Notes under the pieces: model-generated
What the model was told of the DNA's origin: nothing
Database searches by the model: none
The model's input: the letters and a program-made list of their open reading frames with translations, nothing else
Assembly (NCBI GenBank): GCA_030648255.1
Contig: JAUSHZ010000007.1
Location: 24,404-88,403, forward strand
Origin: a bacterium
Lineage (GTDB): Bacteria > Patescibacteriota > Minisyncoccia > Minisyncoccales > CG1-02-41-26
DNA: 64,000 nucleotides
Direction of reading: 5' to 3'
Part shown: positions 15,975 through 24,898 of the stretch, piece by piece
Numbering within the stretch: the stretch's first letter is position 1
Layout of the letters: each line of letters opens with the position of its first letter
Position numbers and translations under genes: made by a program

Positions 15975-16577
15975 CTACCGCTCAACCTTCGCCTTCGGCT
16001 CGGCTTCACGGGCAGAAGCCTTAAATGGAAACCCCAGCAATCTTAATAATGCAGCGCCTTCTTCCTTTGTTTTGGCTGTTGTTGAAATTGTTACTTCTAA
16101 TCCAAAAATGCCTTTCTCTTTTTCAACTTTCAATTCAGGAAATGGAACATACTCTTTAAATCCAACTGTAATATCTCCTTGGCTTGTCATAGATTTCTCT
16201 TCAACGCCCCTAAAGTCTCTAGACCTTGGCAAAACAACCCAAATCAACTTCTCTAAAAAATCATACATTCTTTTCTTTCTTAAGGTGCAGCTGGCTCCAA
16301 CCGCCATACCTTCTCTTAGCTTGAAAGCAGCAATTGATTTTTTTGCTTTATTTAGAGATGGTTTTTGCCCGGTAATAGCGGCTATTGATTGAGCAATATA
16401 TTCTTCCGCTTTTTCTCTCTCACTGGCGCTTTTTCCAATAACCATTTTGCCAAAACCGCAATTAACAACAATCTTCTTTATTTTTGGCACAGCCATAACA
16501 GAACTATACCCGAATTTCTTCGTCATTTCAGGAATAACTATTTTATTGTATTGCTCTTGTAATTTCATATTTTTCAT
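15975..16577 (-). CDS. rplE: 50S ribosomal protein L5
   Basis: MKNMKLQEQYNKIVIPEMTKKFGYSSVMAVPKIKKIVVNCG.. Start is ambiguous (16577 or 16568). The ORF-track N-terminal 19 aa lie over an upstream hairpin. Confidence 0.9.
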   Translation of the reverse strand: MKNMKLQEQYNKIVIPEMTKKFGYSSVMAVPKIKKIVVNCGFGKMVIGKSASEREKAEEYIAQSIAAITGQKPSLNKAKKSIAAFKLREGMAVGASCTLRKKRMYDFLEKLIWVVLPRSRDFRGVEEKSMTSQGDITVGFKEYVPFPELKVEKEKGIFGLEVTISTTAKTKEEGAALLRLLGFPFKASAREAEPKAKVER

Positions 16578-16586
16578 GAAGCTGTC

Positions 16587-16641
16587 GAAGCTGTTGAAAC
16601 CGAGCTTCTGGAAGCCCTTGAAGCTCGGTTTCAACAGCTTC
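16587..16641 (-). promoter_or_regulatory. 22-bp perfect hairpin just upstream of rplE
   Basis: gaagctgttgaaaccgagcttc - 11 nt - gaagctcggtttcaacagcttc, between the rplX stop (16656) and the rplE start. It replaces the modular element at this junction. Confidence 0.7.
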
Positions 16642-16655
16642 AGGCTCCATAGCTT

Positions 16656-16961
16656 TTAAATATCAGCTTTGCATTTCTTGCAAATTCTAACTTTATTTTC
16701 TCCTTCTACCTTATAGCCAATTCTTGTGGGTTTATTGCACTTAGGACATAAAGCCTGCGCTTTGGAGGCATTCATTGGAAAAGAAATTTCCACAATTTGC
16801 CCTTTTTCTCCTTGTTTTTTTGGCTTTTTATGCGTCTTTTTTATATTAACTCCTTCAACCAAAATCATTTCCTTAGATGGAAAGCTTTTTAAAACCTTGG
16901 CTTTCTTGCCTTTATCCTTGCCAGCGATTATTAAAACATTGTCTCCTTTTTTGATTCGCAT
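16656..16961 (-). CDS. rplX: 50S ribosomal protein L24
   Basis: MRIKKGDNVLIIAGKDKGKK (KOW) plus C-terminal CPKC..CKKC ribbon. MKTHTISN prefix is repeat sequence. Confidence 0.92.
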   Translation of the reverse strand: MRIKKGDNVLIIAGKDKGKKAKVLKSFPSKEMILVEGVNIKKTHKKPKKQGEKGQIVEISFPMNASKAQALCPKCNKPTRIGYKVEGENKVRICKKCKADI

Positions 16962-17177
16962 GTTAGAAATTGTGTGAGTTTTCAAGCTATAATCTTTTTT
17001 ATGGCTTGAAAACTCATTACAAGTTCTTACACCCTGTTAAGTGCGAGCGATGAGCGAGCTACTTAACTGGGGTTTGTTTATATTATTCTCATACCCCAGT
17101 GAAGTAGAATTTGATTACAAATTCACTTCACGGGGTTAAGCGATTGTAATGCTCGGCTATCGCCTCGCAGACAATCG
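16962..17177 (-). repeat. Intercistronic structured element, copy 13 (E2 / M-A / S4)
   Basis: rplN stop to rplX ATG. Combines the E2 hairpin of copies 10/11/15 with the M-A and S4 modules of copy 1. Confidence 0.9.
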
Positions 17178-17546
17178 CTAAACAACATCTTTAGCCATGG
17201 TTATTATGGCATCAAATCCTTTTTCTTTTAATTCTCGAGGAACCGGCCCTAAAATTCTATTTCCTTTAGGCTGTTTCTGATCATTTAAAATACAGCAAGC
17301 ATTGTCATCAAATCGCAAATAGGAACCGTCTTTTCTTCTAAACGGACTCTTTTGCCTTACAATAACGGCCTTAACAACCTGATGTTCCTTAACATCGCGC
17401 CTTGGCTCTGCTTTTTTAACCGCTGCAACAATTATGTCGCCAATTCTTGCATATTTCTTTCTTGTGCCTCCAGGCACCCCAAAACACTGAACTATCTTAG
17501 CTCCAGTATTATCTGCCACATTTAACATTGTTCTTAACTGAATCAT
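17178..17546 (-). CDS. rplN: 50S ribosomal protein L14
   Basis: 122 aa; MIQLRTMLNVADNTGAK.. Confidence 0.95.
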   Translation of the reverse strand: MIQLRTMLNVADNTGAKIVQCFGVPGGTRKKYARIGDIIVAAVKKAEPRRDVKEHQVVKAVIVRQKSPFRRKDGSYLRFDDNACCILNDQKQPKGNRILGPVPRELKEKGFDAIITMAKDVV

Positions 17547-17550
17547 GGGT

Positions 17551-17778
17551 TTATTTTTTTACTACTTTCCAACACTTATCTTTACTCAAAGGCCTTGACT
17601 CTTCTATTAAAACCTTGTCTCCAATTTCAAAAATATTGCCCGCTGTATCTGCCTTATACTTTTTCGAAGATGTGTATCGCTTTCTGTATTTTGGATGCAC
17701 CTTTATTGTTTCCACTTTCACCACAACAGTGTTTGTCATTTTATTGGAAACTATTTGTCCTTTTAATATCTTTTTCAT
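17551..17778 (-). CDS. rpsQ: 30S ribosomal protein S17
   Basis: 75 aa; GQIVSNKMTNTVVVKVE..HPKYRK.. Confidence 0.92.
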   Translation of the reverse strand: MKKILKGQIVSNKMTNTVVVKVETIKVHPKYRKRYTSSKKYKADTAGNIFEIGDKVLIEESRPLSKDKCWKVVKK

Positions 17779-17966
17779 TTTTTTATTAAAGTTAATATGC
17801 GAGCTATATTTCTTCTTGATGTTCTTATCTGTCTAATATCCTTTATTTTTCCAGCAGCCAAATCAAATCTAAAAACTCGAAGATTTTCTTGCTTTTCCCT
17901 CAATGATTTTTGCAAATCATCTTTGCTTAATTTTGAAAGCTCTTTTAGCGCTTCTTGTCTTTTCAT
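17775..17966 (-). CDS. rpmC: 50S ribosomal protein L29
   Basis: 63 aa; coiled L29 pattern (LRFDLAAGKIKDIRQIRTSRRNIARILT). 4-nt overlap with rpsQ. Confidence 0.9.
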   Translation of the reverse strand: MKRQEALKELSKLSKDDLQKSLREKQENLRVFRFDLAAGKIKDIRQIRTSRRNIARILTLIKK

Positions 17967-17967
17967 A

Positions 17968-18375
17968 CTATTTTTTTACAAATTTAACTTTAATTGGCAA
18001 TTTATCTGAGGCCTTGCCAAACGCCTCAACAGCAATCTTTTCATCCACTCCATCAATTTCAAATATCACTCTACCAGGTTTTATCGGAAAAACATAATGG
18101 TCAACAGCCCCCTTGCCTCCACCCATTCCAACTTCTCCGCCTTTTTGCGTAATTGGTTTTTGGGGGAATATCCTAATCCATAGCTTACCCTTTCTTTTCA
18201 TTGCTTTTGTAATAGCTTTTCTAGCTGATTCCATTTGGTTGGCTGTAATCCATTTTGTTCCCATTGATTTCAATCCAAAAGAACCATAGGAAACTTCTGT
18301 TCCTCTTGTATCATTTCCTTTGCTTGTGCCCTTATGCCATTTCCTATGTTTCATTTTTCTTGGTTGTGTCAACAT
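17968..18375 (-). CDS. rplP: 50S ribosomal protein L16
   Basis: MLTQPRKMKHRKWHKG.. MKIHTASN prefix is repeat sequence; start at CTAAC-ATG (18373-18375). Confidence 0.93.
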   Translation of the reverse strand: MLTQPRKMKHRKWHKGTSKGNDTRGTEVSYGSFGLKSMGTKWITANQMESARKAITKAMKRKGKLWIRIFPQKPITQKGGEVGMGGGKGAVDHYVFPIKPGRVIFEIDGVDEKIAVEAFGKASDKLPIKVKFVKK

Positions 18376-18566
18376 GTTAGAAGCTGTGTGAATTTTCAAA
18401 TTTAATGATTTGAAAATTCATTACAGATTCTTACACCCCGTGGAGTAGAAATTTGCTCTGCAAATTTCTGTTTTAAATTTTTAGTAAAAAATTTAAAACT
18501 ACTCCACAGGGTAAATTCCGCTTGCCAATCACGCTCGCCTGCTGGCTCGCGCTCTTGGAGCGTCAT
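18376..18566 (-). repeat. Intercistronic structured element, copy 14 (E1 / M-B / S1)
   Basis: rpsC stop to rplP ATG; E1 AT palindrome combined with the M-B three-way junction. Confidence 0.9.
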
Positions 18567-19226
18567 TTAATTAAAGCGTTCTCCCTTATACATCCAAACC
18601 TTAACGCCAATAACCCCATAAGTGCAGTGTGCCTCGCATGAGCCATATTCAACTATGGCTCTTATTGTTTGAAGCGGAAGTCGCCCATCTTTTAACCATT
18701 CTCTTCTGGAAATTTCAACTCCATTTAACCTACCTGATACCTCAACCTTCACGCCTTTTATTTCTTTTTGCTCAGCTGTTTTGCTTATTGCCATTTTCAA
18801 AACTCTTCTAAACGGCACTTGCTTTTCGATTTGGCCAGCCATCCATTGAGCTGTTAAGCTGGCTGAAAGCCATGGGTTTCTTATTTCAATAATTTCTATT
18901 TTAATGCTGTTTTTATCTGTTTTTATCTTCCCCTTTACTTTTGATATTGCTTTTTCAATTCCCATTTTCAAATCCTCAACTCCTTTGCCCCCCCTGCCGA
19001 TAATCAAAGCGGGTCTGGAAGTTTTAATAATAATTTTTAAGGCAGCGGATGTTCTCTCTATCTCTACTTCCTGAATAATACCCGCGGGTAGCTTCTTAGT
19101 GATAAACTGCCTAATTATAAAATCCTCCTCTAAGTAAACAGGAAAATTGTTCTTATAAAAGCCTCTTGAAAGCCAGTCTTTCATTTCTCTTATCTTAAAA
19201 GATTTTGGGTTGACTTTATGGCTCAT
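18567..19226 (-). CDS. rpsC: 30S ribosomal protein S3
   Basis: 219 aa; KH domain (IIGRGGKGVEDLK) and S3 C-terminal domain. Confidence 0.95.
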   Translation of the reverse strand: MSHKVNPKSFKIREMKDWLSRGFYKNNFPVYLEEDFIIRQFITKKLPAGIIQEVEIERTSAALKIIIKTSRPALIIGRGGKGVEDLKMGIEKAISKVKGKIKTDKNSIKIEIIEIRNPWLSASLTAQWMAGQIEKQVPFRRVLKMAISKTAEQKEIKGVKVEVSGRLNGVEISRREWLKDGRLPLQTIRAIVEYGSCEAHCTYGVIGVKVWMYKGERFN

Positions 19227-19576
19227 ACTTTTGATTTATCTTGTTTAAAAATATCTAAATTTAAAGTAATATTAGAAGTTTTCTTTTCTATTCTACAAGC
19301 CCTGCCCCTAGCTCTGGCCCTCCATCTTTTAAGGGTTCTGCCCTCATCAACTTTAATTAAGGAAATAAACAAATCTTTTTCTTCTAATTTAAAATTGTTT
19401 TTAGCGTTGGCCACTGCTGAATCCAAAAGCTTTTTTAAAGGCAAGGCTCCTTTTTTAATGCAAAATCCTAAAGATGCTTGGGCTTTCCCAGCAGATTTTC
19501 CTCTAACCATATCAGCCACCAAGCGAACTTTTCTGGGTGATATTCTTAAATTGTTTAATTTTGCTATAACTTGCAT
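19223..19576 (-). CDS. rplV: 50S ribosomal protein L22
   Basis: MQVIAKLNNLRISPRKVRLVADMVRGK.. The ORF-track N-terminal 18 aa are repeat sequence. Confidence 0.93.
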   Translation of the reverse strand: MQVIAKLNNLRISPRKVRLVADMVRGKSAGKAQASLGFCIKKGALPLKKLLDSAVANAKNNFKLEEKDLFISLIKVDEGRTLKRWRARARGRACRIEKKTSNITLNLDIFKQDKSKV

Positions 19577-19776
19577 GTTAGAAATTGTGTGAGTTTTCAA
19601 GCTATATTTCCTTATGGCTTGAAAACTCATTACAAGTTCTTACACCCCGTGGAGTAGAAATTTGCTCCGCAAATTTCTGTTTTAAATTTTTAGTAAAAAA
19701 TTTAAAACTACTCCACAGGGTAAATTCCGCTTGCCAATCGCGCTTCGCCTGCTGGCTCGCGCTCTTGGAGCGTCAT
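19577..19776 (-). repeat. Intercistronic structured element, copy 15 (E2 / M-B / S1)
   Basis: rpsS stop to rplV ATG. Confidence 0.9.
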
Positions 19777-20103
19777 TTATTTCTTTACTGGTACTGGTGC
19801 TTTAGGTTGGGTTTGAGTTTGCACTTTTGATTCTTGCTCTCTTTGCATTTTTCCGCCATGCCTGCCAAACTTCGTGGTTGGGGAAAATTCTCCTAATTTA
19901 TGGCCAACCATATCTTCTGAAACATAAACGGGAATATGCTCTTTTCCATTATGGACTCCAAAAGTAAAGCCAACCATTTCTGGTGTAACAGAACACTCGC
20001 GAGACCATGTCTTAATAACTTTTTTCTCGCCAGCTTTCTGGTTGATGACTTTTTTTATTAATCTTTCGTCCACAAAAGGACCCTTTTTTAGTGATCGTGG
20101 CAT
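19777..20103 (-). CDS. rpsS: 30S ribosomal protein S19
   Basis: 108 aa; [22 protein letters not shown], with a C-terminal extension. Confidence 0.94.
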   Translation of the reverse strand: MPRSLKKGPFVDERLIKKVINQKAGEKKVIKTWSRECSVTPEMVGFTFGVHNGKEHIPVYVSEDMVGHKLGEFSPTTKFGRHGGKMQREQESKVQTQTQPKAPVPVKK

Positions 20104-20107
20104 AAAA

Positions 20108-20902
20108 TTATTTGTGCTTCTTCTGAATTCGTCTTTTTAAAATTAACCTACTTGTCCAGCTTTTCCTTCTGGTTTTAACTCCCAAGGCTGGTTTTCCCCA
20201 AGGAGTTCTTGGGTGGCGGCCAATTGGCTGTTTGTTCTTTCCACCTCCATGAGGGTGGTCGCAAGCATTCATAGCTGAACCTCTCACAGTTGGACGGTGG
20301 CCCATTTTTCTGGCAGTGCCTGCTTTCCCAATTTGCTTAAATCTGTGTTCCGGATTTGAAACCTGACCAATTGAGGCAAAACATTCGTTTAAAACTTTCC
20401 TTACTTCAGTGGAAGGCATTTTTAACTGGCTATACTTTCCCTCGTGGCCCATAATAACAATGCCACTTCCAGCGGATCTTGCCATTTTACCCCCAGCCAT
20501 TGGAAATAGTTCAATATTATGGACAATTGAACCAACGGGAATATTTTTTAAACGCATTCTGTTGCCGGCCTTAATCGGAGTTAAGTCCGAACAAACTAGT
20601 TCATCGCCAACGGTTAATCCATCTGGAGCAATAATATATTTCTGTTCGCCATCATTATACTTTAATAAAGCAATATGGCAAGTTCTATTTGGGTCATATT
20701 CAAGAGATTGGACAACCGAAGATTCATTAATTCTTGATTGGCCAAAATCAACCATTCGATACATCCTTTTTACCCCGCCTCCTTTATGGTGTACAGTAAT
20801 ACGGCCGGTATTATTTTTACCGCCTGTTTTTTTCAACACCCTTAATAAACTCTTCTGGGGCTTGTTCTTTGATAAAATTGTTTTTTTTCTGTGTAAAGCC
20901 AT
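20108..20902 (-). CDS. rplB: 50S ribosomal protein L2
   Basis: 264 aa; [18 protein letters not shown] and [11 protein letters not shown] motifs. Confidence 0.96.
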   Translation of the reverse strand: MALHRKKTILSKNKPQKSLLRVLKKTGGKNNTGRITVHHKGGGVKRMYRMVDFGQSRINESSVVQSLEYDPNRTCHIALLKYNDGEQKYIIAPDGLTVGDELVCSDLTPIKAGNRMRLKNIPVGSIVHNIELFPMAGGKMARSAGSGIVIMGHEGKYSQLKMPSTEVRKVLNECFASIGQVSNPEHRFKQIGKAGTARKMGHRPTVRGSAMNACDHPHGGGKNKQPIGRHPRTPWGKPALGVKTRRKSWTSRLILKRRIQKKHK

Positions 20903-20904
20903 AA

Positions 20905-21348
20905 TTATCGCGGAATTATTTCAATCTCTTGCCCCTTCTTAATAGTAACAATTGCTTTTTTATATCCTTTTTTCCAGCCGGTTGTTCTGCCCAATCTTTT
21001 TTTCTTCCTGTCAACATTAATTATTCTTACTTTTTCAACGACAACACCATAAACCTCTTGGACTGCTTTTTTTACTTCTGGCTTGGTGGCTGTTTTAAAA
21101 GCTTGAAAAATATATTGGTTTTTTTCCATTAAAAAAGTGGCTTTTTCAGTAATTTGAGGCCTGCTTAAAACGCTTGGAGCTAATTTTATATCCACTTTTT
21201 TTGCTTTGCCCGCCGTAGTTTTAATAGGGGCGGACTTTTCCTCTACAACTTTCCTTTCCTTCTTGTCCGCCGAAGCTTTAGCGGAGGTGGACTTTTTCTT
21301 ATCTTTAAAGCTTTCCTCTTTTTTTGTTTTTTTAAAAAATAATGACAT
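20905..21348 (-). CDS. rplW: 50S ribosomal protein L23 with Lys-rich N-terminal extension
   Basis: 147 aa; the C-terminal ~95 aa match L23 (VLSRPQITEKA..YIFQAF..VEKVRIIN). The first ~50 aa are a low-complexity K/E/A tail. Confidence 0.9.
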   Translation of the reverse strand: MSLFFKKTKKEESFKDKKKSTSAKASADKKERKVVEEKSAPIKTTAGKAKKVDIKLAPSVLSRPQITEKATFLMEKNQYIFQAFKTATKPEVKKAVQEVYGVVVEKVRIINVDRKKKRLGRTTGWKKGYKKAIVTIKKGQEIEIIPR

Positions 21349-21349
21349 A

Positions 21350-21988
21350 CTACTTCTTTTCTTTTATAAATAAATCCTGCATAACCTTTATACTTTCCTT
21401 GGGCATAATTAAATATTTGTTGTTCAAAACATCTAAAGCATTCAGGTCTTTTACTTGCATAATTTTTGTTTTGTCTATATTTCTAGAAGCCAAAATAAAG
21501 TCATTGTCCATTTCAGGTAAAGCAATTAAAGTTGTCTTGCCAAGAGTTGGCATTTTTTCTAAAATACCAGCTGCTAATTTTGTTTTAGCAGTTTTTATTT
21601 TTAAATCCTCTATTAAAATTACAAAATTATTCTTAGCTTTTTCAGTCAAAGCCATAAATAGAGCTGCTCTTTTTATTTTCTTTGGCACAATTTTTTTATA
21701 AACTTTTTCGTTTGTGGGGCCAAAAGTAACACCTCCGCCCTTCCAAATAGGAGACCTGGTGGAGCCAGCTCTGGCTCTGCCTGTTCCTTTTTGACGCCAT
21801 GGTTTTTTGCCTCCCCCAGAAACATCGCCTCTGTCTTTTGTGTGGGCGTTGCCTTGCCTTCTGTTTGCCATCTGGGAAACAGCCACTTGATGCAACAAAT
21901 CCTTAGATAATTTCACATCAAAAATCTCCTTCGGCAATTCCGCCTGGCCTGTTTTCTCACCCATTTGATTGTATATATCGATTTTCAT
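21350..21988 (-). CDS. rplD: 50S ribosomal protein L4
   Basis: 212 aa; RQGNAHTKDRGDVSGGGKKPWRQKGTGRAR. Confidence 0.95.
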   Translation of the reverse strand: MKIDIYNQMGEKTGQAELPKEIFDVKLSKDLLHQVAVSQMANRRQGNAHTKDRGDVSGGGKKPWRQKGTGRARAGSTRSPIWKGGGVTFGPTNEKVYKKIVPKKIKRAALFMALTEKAKNNFVILIEDLKIKTAKTKLAAGILEKMPTLGKTTLIALPEMDNDFILASRNIDKTKIMQVKDLNALDVLNNKYLIMPKESIKVMQDLFIKEKK

Positions 21989-22014
21989 GTTGGCTATTTT
22001 CTATCCACTGCTTA

Positions 22015-22641
22015 CTATTTACTCTTTTTCTTATTTACTATTGAACTTGTAATCTCTACAAGCGTTCCTCGCCTGCCAGGGATGGCGCCTTTTACTGCAA
22101 TCAAATTATTTTCCAAATCAATTTTAACAATTTTTAAATTTCTCACCGAAATTCGCACAAATCCCATATGGCCTGGCATTCTCTTGCCCGGGAAAACTCT
22201 ACCCGGGTCAGTAGCACCAACCGAACCAATTGTTCTTACTTCATGCTTTGTGCCATGGGTTGTGTGATGCCCCCTAAAATTATATCTCTTAACACCTCCT
22301 TGAAACCCTTTGCCCTTGCTAATACCTGAAATTTTAACTTTATCTCCTTCTTGAAAAACAGAGGCATTAATCTCCTGCCCTAATTCATAATTCTTAATTC
22401 CTGATTCCTGAGGCCTGAACTCTTTTAAATATCTATACTCTTTGCCTTTCTCGGTTTTCTTAATTTTTCTAGCTTTTTTTTCAAAACCAATCTGAACCGA
22501 TTCATAGCCATCTTTGCTTTCCTTGGTCTTATTTTGTAAAACAACACAAGGCCCAGCTGTAATCAAAGTTACTGGGACTGCATCTCCCTTTTCATTAAAT
22601 ATTTGAGTCATCTCTAATTTTTTTCCAAGAATAAATGACAT
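22015..22641 (-). CDS. rplC: 50S ribosomal protein L3
   Basis: 208 aa; GKGFQGGVKRYNFRG..HGTKHEVRTIGS. Confidence 0.95.
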   Translation of the reverse strand: MSFILGKKLEMTQIFNEKGDAVPVTLITAGPCVVLQNKTKESKDGYESVQIGFEKKARKIKKTEKGKEYRYLKEFRPQESGIKNYELGQEINASVFQEGDKVKISGISKGKGFQGGVKRYNFRGHHTTHGTKHEVRTIGSVGATDPGRVFPGKRMPGHMGFVRISVRNLKIVKIDLENNLIAVKGAIPGRRGTLVEITSSIVNKKKSK

Positions 22642-22941
22642 GTTAGAAGCTGTGTGAATTTTTAAATTTAATGATTTAAAAATTCATTACAGATTCTTAC
22701 ACCCTGTGAAGTAAAATTTGAGTACAAATTTTAATTTTAAATTTTTTACTAAAAATTTAAAATTACTTCACGGGGTTAATAATCCGTAAGCTCAAGCTTC
22801 GCCTGCTGGCTCGCTCTCGCTAACGAATTATTAAAAACACGAGGCATTAACTCCCCGCATTTTTGTTAAAAACTCAAGGGTTAAATTCTTCCCACTTTCA
22901 AGGGTTAAACTAATTAAGTTTTACCTTGAACTCTATATTAA
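22642..22941 (-). repeat. Intercistronic structured element, copy 16 (E1 / hybrid M / S3-like, about 22642-22838) plus a unique ~100 nt spacer
   Basis: rpsJ stop to rplC ATG. Closing stem caccctgtgaagtaa/ttacttcacggggtt and S stem ttaataatccgt/acgaattattaa. The spacer 22839-22941 holds two copies of caagggttaaa. Confidence 0.85.
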
Positions 22942-23280
22942 TTAAATCGTTTTAATTTCAATTTCCACGCCCGCTGGCAAGGTTAAATCACGAAGCGACT
23001 CAATAAATCTTTGGTTTGGATTTGTTACTTCTATCAATCGCTTGTGCACTCTCATTTCAAATTGCTCTCTAGCATCTTTGTGAACAAATGTTGACCTGTT
23101 TACTGTGTATTTTTTTATTTCTGTTGGCAAAGGCACAGGCCCAACCATTTCCACGCCCGACCTGCCCGAAATTTCTGTAATCTGATGGCACGAAGCGTCA
23201 ACCACCTTGCTATCATATGATTTTAGCTTAATTCTTAGCTGAACCGCCTGCTCCACTGGTTTTTCTTTTACTGTTGCCAT
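22942..23280 (-). CDS. rpsJ: 30S ribosomal protein S10
   Basis: 112 aa; RIKLKSYDSKVVDAS..LPTEIKKYTVNRS. Confidence 0.95.
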   Translation of the reverse strand: MATVKEKPVEQAVQLRIKLKSYDSKVVDASCHQITEISGRSGVEMVGPVPLPTEIKKYTVNRSTFVHKDAREQFEMRVHKRLIEVTNPNQRFIESLRDLTLPAGVEIEIKTI

Positions 23281-24479
23281 TATTTTATTATCTTTGAAAC
23301 CACCCCAGCGCCAACTGTTCGCCCGCCCTCTCTAATAGCAAATTTCTGTTTCTCTTCTAAGGCAATTGGGGTAATCAATTTAACTGTCACACTGATCGTA
23401 TCTCCCGGCATAACCATTTCAACTCCCGCTGGCAAAATAACATCTCCTGTTACATCGCAAGTTCTAATAAAGAACTGTGGCTTGTATCCAGAGAAAAACG
23501 GAGTGTGCCTTCCGCCTTCATCTTTAGTTAAGGCGTAAATTTCTGCTTCAAATTCAGAATGAGGAGTCACAGAGCCTGGCTTAGCAAGCACTTGCCCCCT
23601 TTCAATATCTTCCTTTTTAAACCCTCTCAACAAAATACCCACGTTATCGCCAGCTCTGCCTTCATCAAGAATTTTGTTAAACATTTCCACGCTTGTGGCA
23701 ATAGTTTTTTGAGTGGCTCTTAAGCCAACAATTTCCACCTCCTCTCCGCCCTTCACAATACCTCTTTCTACTCTGCCAGTAGCCACTGTGCCTCTGCCTT
23801 CAATAGAAAAAACATCTTCCACAGCCATTAAAAATGGCTTGTCAGTAGCTCTTACGGGTTCGGGAAAGAAAGAATCAATCTTTTCAAATAATTCAGCAAT
23901 TGGCTTCATATCCTCATCATCCGCTGATTCGGCCGCCACTGCTTTTAATGCTGAGCCTCTAATAATTGGGGTTGTGTCTCCCGGGAAATCGTATTTCTTT
24001 AACAACTCTCGCAATTCTGATTCCACTAATTCAATCATTTCTGGGTCATCCACCTGATCGCATTTATTTAAAAAGATAAGCAAATTTGGCAAACCCACTT
24101 GATTGGCAAGCAAAACGTGCTCTCTGGTTTGAGGCATAGGGCCTTCGGCCGCAGACACAACCAAAATACCTCCGTCCATTTGAGCGGCGCCAGTAATCAT
24201 ATTTTTGATATAATCAGCGTGGCCCGGGCAGTCAATCAAAGCGTAGTGCCTGTTAGCTGTTTCAAATTCGTTGTGTGAAATGTTAATCGTTACGCCTCTG
24301 GCTTTTTCTTCTGGAGCTGAATCAATTTCATCAATTGATTTATTTGAAGATTTAAAACCTTTTAAGTGGGCGTACTTCAACATAGCTGCTGTTAAAGTAG
24401 TTTTGCCGTGGTCAACATGGCCAATAGTGCCAATATTTAAGTGCGGCTTAGTTCTTTCGAATTTTTGTTTCTCTGCCAT
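23280..24479 (-). CDS. tuf: Elongation factor Tu
   Basis: 399 aa; [14 protein letters not shown] and NKCD GTPase motifs. Confidence 0.97.
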   Translation of the reverse strand: MAEKQKFERTKPHLNIGTIGHVDHGKTTLTAAMLKYAHLKGFKSSNKSIDEIDSAPEEKARGVTINISHNEFETANRHYALIDCPGHADYIKNMITGAAQMDGGILVVSAAEGPMPQTREHVLLANQVGLPNLLIFLNKCDQVDDPEMIELVESELRELLKKYDFPGDTTPIIRGSALKAVAAESADDEDMKPIAELFEKIDSFFPEPVRATDKPFLMAVEDVFSIEGRGTVATGRVERGIVKGGEEVEIVGLRATQKTIATSVEMFNKILDEGRAGDNVGILLRGFKKEDIERGQVLAKPGSVTPHSEFEAEIYALTKDEGGRHTPFFSGYKPQFFIRTCDVTGDVILPAGVEMVMPGDTISVTVKLITPIALEEKQKFAIREGGRTVGAGVVSKIIK

Positions 24480-24535
24480 AGATTTAAATTATTTTATTAT
24501 GTTTATTATATTGATTAAAAAAATAAAGTCAATGC

Positions 24536-24805
24536 TTAAAACGGTAAATCATCTAAAGTTAGATCAGCTGTGGGCTTTTCTGACGCTGAAATTTTTTCTA
24601 ATTGCGATTCTGGTTTTGCTTCTAACTCTATTTCTTCAACTGTAATGGGCGTTTTTGATTCTAATAAAGCCGAAGTTAAATCTAAATTTTTTCTTTTTGT
24701 TTTTTCGTACTCGTTAAAAGACATAACCACCATAATATCGTCATTGTCAATTATGAGAACCTTTCCCTCTTCAGAAACAATTTGTTTTATTTTAAATAAA
24801 TCCAT
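24536..24805 (-). CDS. Small acidic hypothetical protein between fusA and tuf
   Basis: 89 aa. The N-terminal beta-rich part (KVLIIDNDDIMVVMSFNEYEK) is reminiscent of Phd/YefM-like antitoxins. The C-terminus ..DLTLDDLPF resembles the SSB acidic tip (DDDIPF). Confidence 0.5.
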   Translation of the reverse strand: MDLFKIKQIVSEEGKVLIIDNDDIMVVMSFNEYEKTKRKNLDLTSALLESKTPITVEEIELEAKPESQLEKISASEKPTADLTLDDLPF

Positions 24806-24898
24806 AATCTTAGAAACCAGAATTCCGAAACCAGAATTCCGAACTTTAATAACTAGAAATTTTTCGGATTTCGGATTTCGTGCTTCGGATTTTTATTG
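24806..24898 (-). repeat. Short tandem-repeat hairpin region between fusA and the 89 aa ORF
   Basis: Plus strand: gaaaccagaattcc x2 (24813-24840), then tcggattt x3-4 (24865-24892); the two repeat sets are mutually complementary. Confidence 0.7.
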
